Shown: in pieces, positions 38,899-53,495 of the stretch
Position numbering within the stretch: position 1 is the first letter of the stretch
Layout: every line of letters begins with the position of its first letter
Source of the DNA: Octopus vulgaris
Lineage: Eukaryota
Direction of reading: 5' to 3'
Assembly: GCA_951406725.2 (NCBI GenBank)
Contig: OX597817.1
Span: 144,398,001-144,462,000, forward strand
DNA: 64,000 nt
Position numbers and translations under genes: made by a program
The notes under the pieces: model-generated
Seen by the model: the letters and a program-made list of their open reading frames with translations, nothing else
The model's database searches: none
What the model was told of the DNA's origin: nothing

Positions 38899-39710
38899 TA
38901 CGGATTGACCTTGACCTCTGTTGTGCACGTGCACTAATTTTTAACATTCTAGCTCACTTCCGCTGTTATCAGCAGTGCTTTGAAGTAACGTGTGTATAAC
39001 GTGTGATCGTCGTATTGACCATGACAGAGAAAGTTGTCATGATGATGCCTGCTCAGAGGCCTACGCAAGGTTGCAGAAAGTGTATGGAGGGGAGTGTTTG
39101 AGTGTTTGAGCCGCACACATGTGGACGAGTGGTTCAGATGTTTCTAAGATGACCGAAAAAATCGAAAGTGACGAACGTTCTGGGAGACCTGCAACCAGAA
39201 AAACTGAGAAAAACATCGCAAGTGTGCGTGCAACTGTGAGAGGAAATCGTCGAATCACCATCCGTATGTTATCAGAGGATGTGCAGCTCAGTCCATTATC
39301 ACTGAAGATTTGGGTATGAGACGCGTGTCTGCCAAGTTTGCGTCAAAACTGCTTTCAGCTGACCAAGAAGACACTCGGGTTTCAGTTGCACAAAATCTCC
39401 ATGATTGTGTCGAGAATGATGAAAACGTTTTGAAAACTTTGCGTAGGCCTCTGGGCAGGTATCGCCAAGCTTTTGACAAAATTTGATGCAGAATCTCTGC
39501 TCGAATTTCTGTCATGGTCAATGCGACGACCACACGCTACACACATTATTTCCAAGCTCTGTTGTGAAAAGCGAAAGTGAGCTAGAACGTTAAAACTTAG
39601 TGCGAATGCATAGTAGAGTTCAAAGTCAATCTGTGACAAGCAGCTTCACTCTGCGTGCTTTACTTTCGTTACTATGCCAACAGTCCTGATTTTTATTAAT
39701 CAGACCCCGT
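38899..39710 (+). mobile_element. Internally deleted mariner (HTH region only)
   Basis: ESDERSGRPATRKTEKNIASVRATVRGNRRITIRML, DLGMRRVSAKFASKLLS; end cctgatttttattaatcagaccccg|ta. Confidence 0.8.
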
Positions 39711-40429
39711 ATAATACACATTCCCATTTTTTTTTCAACCACCCGAGTAACTTGGGAATTATGAAAGGAAAGCTTCCTATTATTCAGAACGTACTAAATA
39801 AGGCCAAGGACTAACTAAAACTCTGAAAACAGGCATGAACGCTAAGGACAAAATTATGAAAATGATTTGAACAGGCAAGGGGCTAAAATGACAGAACGTG
39901 AATTAAGAGAAATTTAGCTGCTATTTGTTGAAGGTCGAATGATTGCAAAATGTCTTTTCCCTATGCTTTGAAGTATTGTACGCTTTCATGAAATTCTTTA
40001 ATCTTTATGGATATTCCATACGAGATATGGAAACATGGAAAACAGTGTGTTTTGAAGTCCAAGAAAATTATTCTTCCTAACTCTGTAAACCTTCAGTCAA
40101 TCGCTCTCAAGCCCTATAGCTTACACAATCATAAGCAATTGCTTTCATAACCACATGCACTAGCTTAAACCCTTCCAACTTCTTCCAGATAATTACGACC
40201 TTAAATTGAGAATTCCATAACAAGGGTACCAACCAAAACTGTAGTGTTCTTGGAATAAAGAGGATGTTTAAATTCTAGAAAATTCATGGCGAAAGGAAAC
40301 GAAAGAAAAGAAGGGTTATCCGATTCAAAAACACCAAAGCACGGATATTTCACACCAAGGAACCTCTTAAACAATCAATAAAGATGATATATAATTAAAA
40401 CTGTCACACTAACTGCAAAACCTTTGTTT

Positions 40430-40760
40430 CTGAACATAAAGGCTGGGTTGCATTGAAAAAAAGAGTCCTTTTCCGAACCAGCAAATACTGCATCACGAAA
40501 TATATGCTGCACAGGTAAAAAGACGAAAGCTTGGTGATGCAGTCATGTATCCTGCCAGAACTCCCTGTTCAAAACCATTCTTCAGAGCACAGTTGAAGGA
40601 GGGCGAAAGAGAGGACGACAGAAAGAATACTGGTTTGACAATACCAACAACTGAACAGGCCACAACACAGCGAACCTGCTACGCATGACGAGAACAGTCT
40701 ATGAAAGTGCCGAGAATGGTACCCCAATGATTGGCTGCATCAGTTAAGGGATCTTGGTGA
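40430..40760 (+). mobile_element. RTE LINE 3' end
   Basis: QVKRRKL..SHVSCQNSLFKTILQSTVEGGRKRGRQKEYWFDN. Confidence 0.75.
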
Positions 40761-41324
40761 CCATGATGAAATGTATCCTATATAACGGTGATACTTTTCT
40801 AGAACTGTATATTCTTTCATACTTTAGACCCATATTTTCTCTAGCTGTAGGAAATTGATCCAGAAATCGAAAATTGCATATTTGCCATTCAAGTATATCT
40901 CTGAAACTTTGGAGCACAAGTGTTTTCTTCTTGCTTTAGGCTTTTTAAACCCGTGAATACGCTCTTGCGAGTGCGATTTCGTTTGTCTGTAACCCTGACA
41001 GACGCAAAAGCGAGCGGCCATATAGTTTTTTATGTTTACAACTTAAAATAACGAGGTTTCTACCAATTAGCGAACTGTAAATGCAAAACTATGTTGCGGC
41101 CTGCTTTAGCATCTTCCAGGGATATGGTCAAACGAAATCACGCCCGCTAAGGTATCATCATTGATTCAAAATGTATTGTAGCTAAGTGTTTATTAGCCAT
41201 GTGTCTTCGAAGCGAATTTAGCCACAAATAATATTTTATAATAATTATTGGGTTAAAACCAACTTTAGATGGAAAAGAGGCAGAAAATTTTCTGCAAGAC
41301 TCGGGTGACACATCTTTGGTCGTA

Positions 41325-41895
41325 GCACTCCGTCGGTTACGACGACGAGGGCTCCAGTTGATCCGATCAACTGAACAGCCAGCTCGTGAAGTTAACGTGC
41401 AAGTGGATGAGCACTACACAGACACGTATACTCTTAACGTAGTTCTCGGGAGATTCAGCGTGACACAGAGTGTGACAAGGCTGGCCCTTTGAAATACAAG
41501 TACAACAGAAACGAGAAGAAAGAGTGAGATAAAGTTGTGGTGAAAGAGTACAGCAGGGTTCGCAACCACCGCCTGTCGGAGCCTCGTGGAGCTTTAGGTG
41601 TTTTCGCTCAATAAACACTCACAACGCCCAGTCTGGGAATCGAAACTGCGATCCTACGACAGCGAGTCCACTGCCCTACCCACTGGGCCATTGCGCCTCC
41701 ACATAAGAACATTATATTAAGATAAAGAGCCGAGAGAAATGAAACAATAAAAGGGGGTTCAACTCTCCCGCAGAACTATGTTAAGGGTACACGTATCTGT
41801 GGGGTGCTCAGTCACTTGCACGTGAATTTCACGAGCTGGCAGTTTCGTTGATCGGATCAACTGGAACCCTCGTCGTCGTAACCGACGAAGTGCCA
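41325..41895 (-). mobile_element. Family C SINE (41325-41802, -) plus an inverted 3' fragment (41765-41895, +)
   Basis: tRNA-like head at 41625-41802; tail gcactccgtcggttacgacgacgagggctccagttgatccgatcaac mirrored at 41840-41895. Confidence 0.8.
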
Positions 41896-42305
41896 GGTAG
41901 CCAATGTGATCTACAAGAGTCAAATTCTACTTTAGTATGCGAGGTACGTTTCATGTATTTATTGTGGCTTAAATAAAAAATTCTTACATTTTTATACATT
42001 TATTTGATAAAATTAAAATGAAGCAGATTTGAAACAAGTTTACTAATCGAACGAACATCAGGTAAAAAAGCTGTTCTTGATAAGTATAACTTCTCTTGTT
42101 GTAGGTCACAATATAAAGTGTAGATCGCATATCAAAGCAGTTTCATGACTCGTGGATCGCATACCAAAGTAGCACCAAATAAAGTACCAGTCAGGTGCTG
42201 GGGTTGATATTATTAATTGCTCCCTACTCTCGAAATTCATTGTGTCTATGTTAGAAACGATTTTAGCAAAGCTAACTGGAAGATGTTTTTGATATTTTCC
42301 AAACT

Positions 42306-42705
42306 GAAGGTGGCAGGCTGGCAGAAACGTTAGCACGCCGGGCGAAATGCTTAGCGGTATTTCGTCTGCCGCTACATTCTGAGTTCAAATTCCGCCGAGG
42401 TCGACTTTGCCTTTCATCCTTTTGGGGTCGATTAAATAAGTACCAGTTACGCACTGGAGTCGATATAATCGACTTAATCCGTTTGTCTGTCCTTGTTTGT
42501 CCTCTCTGTGTTTAGCCCCTTGTGGGTAGTAAAGAAATAGGTATTTCGTCTGCCGTTACGTTCTGAGTTCAAATTCCGCCGAGGTCGACTTTACTTTTCA
42601 TCCTTTCAGGGTCGATAAATTAAATACTAGTTACATACTGGATTCGATCTAATCGACTTCACCCCTCCCTAAGACTTTCGGGCCTTGTGCCTAGAGTAGA
42701 AACGG
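42306..42705 (+). mobile_element. SINE family A tandem dimer
   Basis: Same architecture as 30934-31410. Confidence 0.85.
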
Positions 42706-42714
42706 ATATTTTTC

Positions 42715-43312
42715 AAACTGATATACTTCAGGAAGATGTGAAAACTGGGAAGTGAAGAAAATGAAAGAAAAAGCAATGGCCGGCTACAAGTTCAGAAGCT
42801 TAAGGAGAACATTTGACATCAAGTCACTGGTGTAGCTAGGCGGTGGGATGATGCGGTAGGGGCGATCAGCCCTGGATAGCACTTTTAGGTCTGCTATTGG
42901 CAATATATGTTTTTTGTGGGATCCGGGGGCGGCGAACGGAAGGGCCGCCCCGAGCGGCACACACTTTAGTTATGCTAGTGCATCAAATGGTTGCAAAATT
43001 CCGGAATGGCACAATTGAGACGGTAACGGGCATCAACAGGATCAGTAATGAAATATGATGCAGATGCAGGGACTAGATGCGGTAGGTCTTCTGACGAGAT
43101 CGAGAGAGCGATTATATGGTGGCACTAAGGTGGGGAAAGAGGGGGGAAAGTTAAAACCACATGGAGAAGGACTATTGACGAGGAAAGGAGATGAGAAGGA
43201 TGAAGAAGCTGGAGTGAGATGAGAACAGTGACAGCAAACAGAGCTGAACTGGTTGGAGAGATTGTGTTGCGGCCTTATGTGCCTCGTGGCACGGGGAGAA
43301 TTAACTAACTAA
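42715..43312 (+). mobile_element. RTE LINE 3' end with (TAAC)n tail, split by a hAT MITE
   Basis: CENWEVKKMKEK..FRSLRRTFDIK|WLQN; KTTWRRTIDEER..SWSEMRTVTANR..RDCVAALCASWHGEN*. Confidence 0.75.
42825..42980. mobile_element. hAT-type MITE with 8-bp TSD
   Basis: TSD catcaagt/catcaaat; TIR cactggtgtagctag / ttagttatgctagtg; homologous to 61340-61510. Confidence 0.8.
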
Positions 43313-46300
43313 TACTGTTGGAAAATATATGCGAGCTGGCAGAATCGTTAGCACGCCGGGCGAAATGCGTAGCAGTATTTCGTCTGCCGTTACGTTCTGA
43401 GTTCAAATTCCACCGAAGTCGACTTTGCCTTTCATCCTTTCGGGGTCGATAAATTAAGTACCAGTTACGCACTGGAGTCGATGTAATCGACTTAATCCGT
43501 TTGTCTGTCCTTGTTTGTCCCCTCTATGTTTAGAACCCTGTGGGCAATAAAGAAATAAATACTGTTGGAAAATGTTTTCCACCTGGTATACTACTGTTAA
43601 GTGGTTAAGTTTAGTGAAGGCGGCGAGGAGGTTGGTGGAGTTGTTTTCCGCCCGCCATATTTAAAACACTAAAATTTGTATGACAACTTTTAGACGTCAT
43701 CAAAAAATTTCATAGCCTTGTCTCTGAAATATAGGAAATAATATTGCTATAATGTAGAAACTTCAGTGAGAGCGATCGATTAATGCTATTCATCACTTGC
43801 GTTGCTAGACTAACATATTTAATTGGTTTGGCTTGAATTGTCTAAGACTAGTATAGATATTAATTCGCTGTCTCTAGTATTGTCTCCACACCACTCCCCC
43901 TCCTCTACATTACGTGTTGACATCTGTAAATGGTTCATTTGATTTATTCACTGAATTGAAAAGATGGTTTGGTGGAGCCCGGGAATCTGTATAATTTAAT
44001 TAAGACAAAAATATATGTTAAACACGGCTAAAAACAAGCTGACTAAGGATGTCCCTTAAACAGAATAGGCCAACCGTTTATATGAAACACTTGCTAATTA
44101 AAAACAACCCCCCGTGTCTCAGCTGTCCAATAGCGACGACGCGTCGCCTAGTGGTGAAGGTACTGCCCTCACGATCGCAAGATCGCGGTTCCGATTCTCG
44201 GACTTAGCGGTGCGTTGTGTTTGTGAACAAAATACTTCATTGCGCGTTGCTCTCTTTACTCTCTTTTACTCTTTTATTTGTTTCAGTCATGTGACTGCGG
44301 CCATGCTGGAGCACCGCCTTTTGGTCGAGCAAATCGACCCCAGGACTTATTCTTTGTAAGCCTAGTACTTATTATATCGGTCCTTTTGCCGAACCGCTAA
44401 GTTACGGGGACGTAAACACACCAGCATCGGTTGTCAAGCGATGTTGGGGGGACGAACACAAACACACAAACATATATACACACACACACACACACATACA
44501 TACATATATATACATATATACGACAGGCTTCTTTCAGTTTCCGTCTATCAAATCCACTCACAAGTCTTTGGTCGGCCCGAGGCTATAGTAGAAGATACTT
44601 TCTTAAGGTGCCACGCAGTGGGACTGAACGCAGTGGTTCGTAAGCAAGTTACATACCACACAGCCACTCCTACGCCTATTTGCTCTAGTATTTTCAACAG
44701 TAAATGGGTAACCCTGAGACGGACTAGCCTTCCGAATAGAAGGAATGTTGCGATTTCGGCCACTTACATGTCATGGAAATTGAGTGACTGGCCCTGTGAG
44801 CCCTAGGGCTCGATACAGTAATATGAAATGTAGATTAAATACTGTTGAAAACAAGACGACTGATTCTGGATCTCCCTTGATAGATTAGGCCTATCGTTTA
44901 TATGAAACATTTGCTAACTATAAACAAGCTTTGTAAGCATAAGTCGTAGATACGTTGATGAGTTAAGCTTTGTACACACAGATCAGTTGCCCAACACCGT
45001 ATTGACTTAGCTCTATCTTTTTTAAGTCTACAGAAAATAGGATATAATGGTTTCAAATTTTGTCACAAGGCCCCAGTGTTTCACTGGTACTTATTTTATC
45101 GACCCGCAGAGGGATAAAAGGAAAAGTCAACCTCGGGGGAATTTGAACTCAGAATGTAAAGACGGGCGAAATACCGTTAAGCATCTTGCCCGGCAACTAA
45201 CGATTCTGCTCGCTCGCCGCCTTACAGAATAAATATTTTGATATATCCTTTCTACTATAGGCACAAGGCCTGAAATTTGTGGGGAGTAGACTAGTCGATT
45301 ACATCGAACCTAGTGTTTCACTGGTACTTAATTTATCGACCCGCAGAAAGATAAAAGGAAAAAGTCGACCTCGGCGGAATTTGAACTCAGAACGTAGCGG
45401 CAGACAAAGTACTGCCAAGCATTTCGCCCGGCGTGCTAACATTTCTGCCAATTCACTGCCTTAGATATAGTGGTATATCAAGCAGTAACATAGAATTATT
45501 TAAGCACAACATTAAAATTTGACAGCTTTTTCGTTGATATGATTTGTAGCGTAGGGCGGCGAGCCGGCAGAATCATTAATAAGCCGAGCAAAATAATTAG
45601 CGGCATTTTGTCCGTCTTTACGTTCTGAGTTCAAATTCCGAGGTCGACTTTGCGTTTCATCATTTCGAAGTTGATAAAATAAGGACCAGTTGAGTACTGG
45701 AATCAATGTAATCAACTTACCCACTTCTCTGAAATTGCTGGCCTCGTGCCAAAATATGAAATCAATATAACTAGTGGTGAGAGAGAAAGAGAGAGAGTGA
45801 GAGGGGGGCAGACAGGCAGACATGCAGGCAGACTATCTTACTATCAAAGCATTTTTCTTTTACAAACACTGAACGGACAATGTGTGGGCGTGAGAAAGTC
45901 GTTCCGTTGATCTCAGATAGATGTAAAGAATTTTCTCCCAATATCTCAAAGAACAGATGCTGTTGAAACATAGATTATCCTAACTTATCCTATCTTTTCT
46001 GATCATGATACATCAGTTAAATTCTTTTCGAAATCACGATTTACAATCAAAGATATCGCTTCCTAAATTTCTTTGATCTCAAACACCAAATTCACTGCTT
46101 GATATCCTTTCAAGTTGTTGCCTCAAACCATAAGTTGTCCATTTTGTTTACAACAATCGATGCTCTTCGGAATTAACACTTAACAGGCACTTTCTCTTCA
46201 AACGCAGATTTTCTTACTGGAATCTGGATGTTTTTTTGTTGTTTTTTTTCTTATACTCGATCCAAGCGAATCTTCGCTTCTCACGTACCTTTCTTTCTTA

Positions 46301-46617
46301 AACTCACCTACGCAACGTTTGAAAATTTGAAAATAAACTCGACTCCCCAAGAAGAATTTGTTCAATTTGTTTGGCGACTCTATGTCAGCAGCCAGGTCAT
46401 AGTTGTGGGCCGAAAATGTTGGTGCTTGCTAAAAGTAAATCAAAGTTAATTTAATAGTGTGTGTGTTTGTTTGTGGTGGGCCGAAGTGGCTCTTTCGCGA
46501 TGTAATACCTTTAACAAATAGTCTCAGATCAAAATTACTATCAAAACTTCGATATATCTATCGTCCTTCACAGCACTGCCACGTTCTGTTGGCATATAAA
46601 CATATATATATATATAT

Positions 46618-46818
46618 GACCGCGTGTGTATCGTTGGCGATTTTTTTCCTCCGTTTTCCCTTCCTTGGATCTTTCCTTTTCCTATGTTTCTGACGAAGAG
46701 CTACGCTCGAAACGTTAAATCCTCCTTCTTTCTTTCCTTTCCTGAGCGTCCAATAACACTATACTTGTTCCACGTCCTCGCGTTGTTGTGTTTTCTTTTT
46801 GTGTTTTCATGTTTGGAT

Positions 46819-46822
<4 letters not shown>
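46618..46822 (+). mobile_element. ~205-bp HHR element flanked by (TA)n on both sides (HHR 46687-46719)
   Basis: ttt-CTGACGA-A-GAGC tac GCTC-GAAA-cg-TT-aaa. Confidence 0.8.
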
Positions 46823-46864
<42 letters not shown>

Positions 46865-47123
46865 GAGAGAGAGAGAGGGGGGAGATAGATAGATTGATTG
46901 ATATTCATGTGAATTCATGTATATATGTATGCATAATGTATTTGAATGTATATATACACTCACATACATACATACATACATACATATACGCACGCGTATA
47001 CAGTGAATCTAGTTGGCGGAAACTCTATGGAAGCCCGTTGTCAATGTGTGTATATATGTATGTACGTGTACATACATTTGTGTGTGTCTGTGTATATGTA
47101 TGTACGTGTACATCCATCTGTGT

Positions 47124-47169
<46 letters not shown>

Positions 47170-49619
47170 ATGTGTTTTCTGTGTGTGTTGTCACCACTAG
47201 AAAGCCGGTGTTGGTTTGTTTACCCCTCCGTGACTTAGCAGTTCAGCTTGAGCAGTCCAATAGAATAAAGACCAGGCTTTAAAAAAAGTACCGGGGTCGT
47301 TTTGATCGACTTAACCAATCAAGGCATGGCCACAGTATGGCCGTAGTCCAAAGGCTGAAACCAGTAACAGAATAATATTATGTTTTTCTTCTCTACATAA
47401 CAATATCCAGTTTATACACATTTATAATATCTACGTAAACGTGAAACGCCACTAACTGTGATATTTTGTCTCAGAATAATGCGTCGAGAGGACTCGAGTT
47501 TTATAAATATCTTTGAGAATTTTCTCTCAGACAAAATGTTACAGACAGTGCCGTTCTACATTTGTATACACAATAAGAATGTTATACACACCAACATTTT
47601 AATTTAGGCTGTTTCAGATGTCTATATTAATTCCTGTTCTATGTTTTATATATATGGCGGTAACCTGACAAAATCGTTTGCGCGTCGAGCCAAATGCTTA
47701 CCGGCATTACTTCCGGTCCTTTGCGTTCGGAATTCAAACTCCTCCGAAGTCAATTTTGCCTTTTGTGCCTTCGAAGGCCATAAAATTAAGTACCAGTCAA
47801 ATATTGGAGTAGATGTAATCGACTTGTCGCCTTCTCTTAAAATTGCTGGGCTTCAACTCCGCAACGGATCGACATTCAAAGGGAATGTTGCGATATCGCT
47901 TAGGAGTCCTAGGGCTGAAAGAAAATTAAAAAATATGTATTGTATATCCTACTTTAATATATTAACACAAGCTTAACTACTTAAGGTAAAATGAACTCAA
48001 TTGATGAATGATTGAAAAGTAACTCTCACTTACAATGCAATCCCCGTGACAGAATATGAAATCACAACAATTTAACTTGTTATCAGGCAGACGACCGAAT
48101 CTGCAGAATGTAGTATATCTACATATCTTTCTACAATACTTGAATGCAAATTTATCATATGCTTTACTTCAAATCAATTCATTTTTACGATAGAATAAAT
48201 CTAAAGTAAATAATACATACAGAATTGAAGAGTTATTTCTATTTCTATGTCACATCATGGACTAACGGTTAATAATATACAGATCTAACTTCTTCAAAAT
48301 ATATTTACGTAGACATTTCGATTCAAACAAACCATTATTTATTACTTATGAAAGAAAATATTTTGTCTTTTGTTAACTTAGAATCTTGAGAAATATTCTG
48401 TTTATTTTCTGTAAAAAAAAGATAAGATATTATTTTATACCTTATTTTTAACCGATTAAAAAAAATATATAAACAAAACATTATTCCATATTTGTTTCAT
48501 TTTGTGCGGTAATGCTAAGGAAGTGATTATTTTCCCAGAAAATGTCAATAGTTAACCACTTACACGAATTTGTTGTTTTATTAATATTATTGCTGTTGTG
48601 ATTTATGCAGTTGTTTTTTTATTTTTATTTTTCGAGAATTTCAATATGGAGAACTTTCTGGAAATTCTCCATGTTGACATGAAGCCAGAGTAATTACATT
48701 TCTATACAAAGAAAGTCAGTTGGCATTTATACTTCGCTGCTTTGTATTTAGAAGAAATGGTTTGCCCTCCAGGGAAAACTGTGCCAAAACTCTAAAAACA
48801 GAGCATGATTTAAAAGATAAAACAATGATAATAAACGATAAAGTCTAAAGCCAGCGTTACTTTTTTCTTTCACTCTGTTTCCATAAACATTATCATCAAT
48901 AGTTTCGTATCTATTTTTCCATGCTCAAAACTGTTGCTTGATATACAAAGCAAGCCAGCCCTGGGGTTTCTAGCACCTCTGGCAAGTTAAGTTTAGATTT
49001 TCTATAACTGAAAGCAAATTATGTTTATCTCTCAGACAGTCATCCACAATATATTGCATGTTGCAAGAAAGAAAAATTTACTCGCTAATTCTCACATTTT
49101 CACCCCTTTTCAGCATGTATTCTTACCATTTTCTTTGTATTTTTAAAGATACCTGATTTGCTGTTCTGGAAAACTGCCTGAATTATTTGTCCCTTTGTTT
49201 ACTGATCCTGTAGTGATTACAATTCTTTTTATGCTTGACTATATCCTCGGAAAGATTCCGTCTAAGTTATTTTTATATTCTTATAGCATTGTTTGGTTCT
49301 ACACAACGCTGCTTAGCATTGAAAACATTGCAACACTTAACAGCTTTAATATAGGACCATACAAGAAGTAAATGTAGATGCATAGACAGGGTCGTTCAAC
49401 CTGTTAGAAATAGCAATCAAATCTCCCTGAAATTACGATGAAACAAAAATGCCACATTAGACTATATAGTTCAGAATATTACATGTGAAGAAAGAGAAAA
49501 AAAGGAAAAGAAAATATACCGACCTGGGTCTCAACAACAAAAATCAATGGGTTATTTTACATGCTTCAGGTATGTGACATGTTTCAAACTAAGACCGCTT
49601 CACTTATCTCAGCAATGTG

Positions 49620-50015
49620 ACCCGTAGCAATACTAGCTGCGAGTCCGAAGTCTTAAAAAACTTGAATATGTTGGTGCAGTTATGAACTCACTGGACAAGA
49701 GAGTTTTGGCGCCACCGATATCTGAGTTGGAGGACGAAGGTTCGGGTTTCAGGTTTCTGGTCTTCTCTGTCTTGCTCTACAATAGTTGCGAGAATTGGAC
49801 ACTGTCCAGAGCCCTTAGGAGCTGTCTGAGCTCCTTTAGTACAAGGACGCTTCGCAGGATTATGGGTTACTATTGGTTGGATTATACTCAGACACTTCAA
49901 TACGTCCGGTTACTTGTATGATTCGAGAGCGTCAGCTCAGACTGTTTTGGTTATATTCCACGATTCTCCGAATTGAATCCTGCGTGTCGTGTTCTCTTCT
50001 CTGAGGATCCGGCTG
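49620..50015 (+). mobile_element. RTE-type LINE post-RT fragment
   Basis: MNSLDKRV-WRHRYLSWRTKVRV-FLVFSVLLYNSCENWTL..TRTLRRIMGYYWLDY. Confidence 0.8.
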
Positions 50016-50065
50016 TTGTTTATTCTTCAGTTGTTTATTACTGTTATTTTTAAAAATTGTATCTT

Positions 50066-50386
50066 AATGCCTGTCCATTGACCAGAAATCTTTCATCACA
50101 CATCTGTGACCTCTTCAGCGAAACTTTTTGTTTTCATGTGTGTTCTTGCTCCACTTACTCCACTACTACTGAGAATTGAGTAAGTGGAGCAGGAACACAC
50201 ACGGAAACGAAAAGTGTCGCTAAAGAGGTCACAGATGTGTGATGAAAGATTTCCGGACAATGGGCATGAGTTAAAATAATAAAATAAGAACAGAAATAAA
50301 TGAGTGAAAAAAATATATATATATATAGTGCATGTGTTTATTTGGCAAAAAAAATAAATAAATAAAGTGACCATCCCGACATACAA

Positions 50387-50390
<4 letters not shown>
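50066..50390. mobile_element. Fold-back with two HHR copies (50080-50122 -, 50216-50258 +)
   Basis: cg-CTGAAGA-g-gtcaca gatg tgtgat-GAAA-gatt-TC (the + copy has CTAAAGA); central hairpin tgtgtgttcttgctccacttactc / gagtaagtggagcaggaacacaca. Confidence 0.7.
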
Positions 50391-50446
<56 letters not shown>

Positions 50447-50481
50447 GTGCGTGTATTATAAATGAACCCCTAAGGGACGTG

Positions 50482-50757
50482 CGTACTCCGGTTAAGAATT
50501 TTAGAGTGAAAGCTTCTTCACAACTCAAAGGTTTTTAAACTATATCTGAAAAAAATTACTTTAAAAATCAGTGAATTAAATACCAAAGTAATGTTTGTTG
50601 AGAAATTTTAACAAGATCATAAATGGACCGACCCCTATGCACTCCGGTTAAGAATTTTAGAGTGAAAGCTTCTTCACAGCCCAAAGATTTTTAAACTATA
50701 TCTGAAAAAAATTACTTTAAAAATCATTGAATTAAAAACCAAAGACATGTTTGTTGG
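50482..50757 (+). repeat. Direct duplication of about 115 bp
   Basis: actccggttaagaattttagagtgaaagcttcttcaca...atgtttgttg at ~50485 and ~50641. Confidence 0.9.
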
Positions 50758-51089
50758 TGACACGAATCTAAATAATCATATATTGTTTAAACGATTGTAT
50801 ATATCATATACGTCTCAGTAGCTCGACTTTCTATTGTTACGGGTTTTTGTGCGCTGTGACATTGCAAACAGTGGAAAATCTTTCAGACAAAGACACTAAT
50901 TAGCTTGAGAAGCAGTACATGAACTTGACTGAAGTCAGTGAAACAATTAAAATGCTTCTTTTCAAAGCTTGTACTGAAATTGTTCAGACAATAGCGAAAA
51001 CACAAGCGGAAGATATAAACGTTGGACATTGCTCTCTTTTATAATGGATAATTGTAAGAGTGCATATTCTCTCAACTGATAGCGTTTTG

Positions 51090-51325
51090 TGTTTAAGAAA
51101 GATTAATTTTGATTGGTCCGGCTTGGAGAAGAATATTTCTCGGGTTATTGTCCTGAATCACGAAAATAAAGCTGTTGGCATATCCGATCGTATTGGAAGA
51201 GCTTTTTTCGGGGAAACAGGGGTGTCTTAAGTTAATGTGGCTCCAGTCGGCTGCAGTGTTAGGTTCAGTAAAGGCGTTGACCTTAGGGAGCAGTGTCGGA
51301 AACGGATTGTTGTTTATGAAAATGG
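51090..51325 (-). mobile_element. Possible PLE GIY-YIG C-terminal relic
   Basis: Minus: TAADWSHINLRHPCF..TIGYANSF..ITREIFFSKPDQSKL (weak). Confidence 0.3.
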
Positions 51326-51332
51326 ACCAGGA

Positions 51333-51835
51333 TGGAGAGACAGGAGAGGGAGAAGGAGTGAGTGGGGGAGAGAGAGGGAGAGAGAAGGAAAGAGAGAGGG
51401 CAGGGAGAGAGAGGGAGAGAGAAATAAAGAGAGAGAGAAGGAGAGACAGGAGAAAGAGAAGGAGAGAGTGGGAGGGAGTGAGGGAGAGATGGAGAGAGAA
51501 GGAAAGAGAGAGAAAGAGAGATAGCGGAGATAGGGCAAGAGAGAAGAGGAAAGAGAGAGGGAAAGAGAGGTGAGAGAAAGAAAGAGAGAGGGAAAGAGAT
51601 ATGAGAGAAAGAGAGAGAGAAGGGGGAAAGAGATATGAGAGAAAGAGAGAGAAGAAGAGAGAGACGAGAGAGAAAAGGAGAGACAGGAGAGAGAGAAGGA
51701 GAGAGAGAAGGAGAGAGAAAAGGGGAGAGACAGACGAGGAGGAAATAGGATGAGAGAGAGAGAGAGAGGAGAGAAAGTGAGAGAGAGAGTGACAAAAACA
51801 GACAGAAAGAGACAGACAGACAGACAGACAGATAG
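51333..51835. repeat. ~500-bp GA-rich polypurine tract
   Basis: Directly visible. Confidence 0.95.
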
Positions 51836-52389
51836 GTCAAGCTTGAATCAACAGCCCAATGATCGAAGGCGTGCAAGGTATGGCTACCCTGTTTTATTTT
51901 CAGTCTAGGCATACACTATCAAACTCATTCTTTTCTTTCAAAACTGTAGGGTATGAATTGAGGGAAACACGACTGCTATTTCAAGCGTTTGTTGTTAAAA
52001 AGAATTTGGGGACGTCTGCGAAATAATCACCTGCTCCAACAATTTATGCTAATATTCAAACATTTGTAGACCTAACCAAACCATTCAACGTTGAAAAAAA
52101 TGAATGTCAAAAATAATTTTCAATGAGCACAAAAGATATTTGTCCAACCTAAACGTCTCCATTGTTTGAAACAATACAGTTTAACCATTCCGAAAAATTC
52201 TAGAGAATCTAAATTAAAATTTTGAAACACAAATATATCCGTCTGGGTGAATTTGCACATTGTCGTGTGCATGTGTGGGCGTGCATGGGGTGGTGAATGT
52301 GTCTATATAGGTATGTATGTCCCTGTGCGAGCATGTATGTATGTATGCACAAATAAATACACACATACATACACACACACATATGTATA

Positions 52390-52816
<427 letters not shown>

Positions 52817-53495
52817 GAATATATGAATATACATATATGAATATATATATACACATACATACACATTCATACATGCATGCATATATACATACATACATAC
52901 ATACATACACACAAATTCATACATGCATGCATACATACATACATACATACATACATACATACATACATACATACATACATACATACTACATACATACGCG
53001 TGAAAGAGAAAGAAAAATATAGAAATATAGAAAAAAGAAAAAAAATGTAAAAAAAAAAAGACATTGAGAGCAGGAGGAGGAGGAGGAGGAGGCGAAACCA
53101 AACAAAAACAAATCAAAGCGAAAAGGAAATCAACAATGCTAACAACAACAACAGCAACAACAACAACAATGAATGATATCAACAATGGCGAAAACCAGAA
53201 GAACAACGAAGGCGAAGATAAATAACAGGAAGAACGGCACGGTATTAACAGAAATAATTTTCTTCCATGTTCCAAATAATAACAGGTTTTCAAAGAATAC
53301 AATGGACACGTCAAGAGGGAAATGGAGAAGTCTTGTGGAAAACATCAACAGGAGAAGACATATTCCTGGCAGAAAGATGGAACATATATTTTATATTATA
53401 TTTTAGTTGTTGTTTGAAGAATAATTAAAATACGGTGATAAAGTTTTCTTGAAATTGCTTTTCATTGTTACAATAAGATATGTATATGAGTTTTT

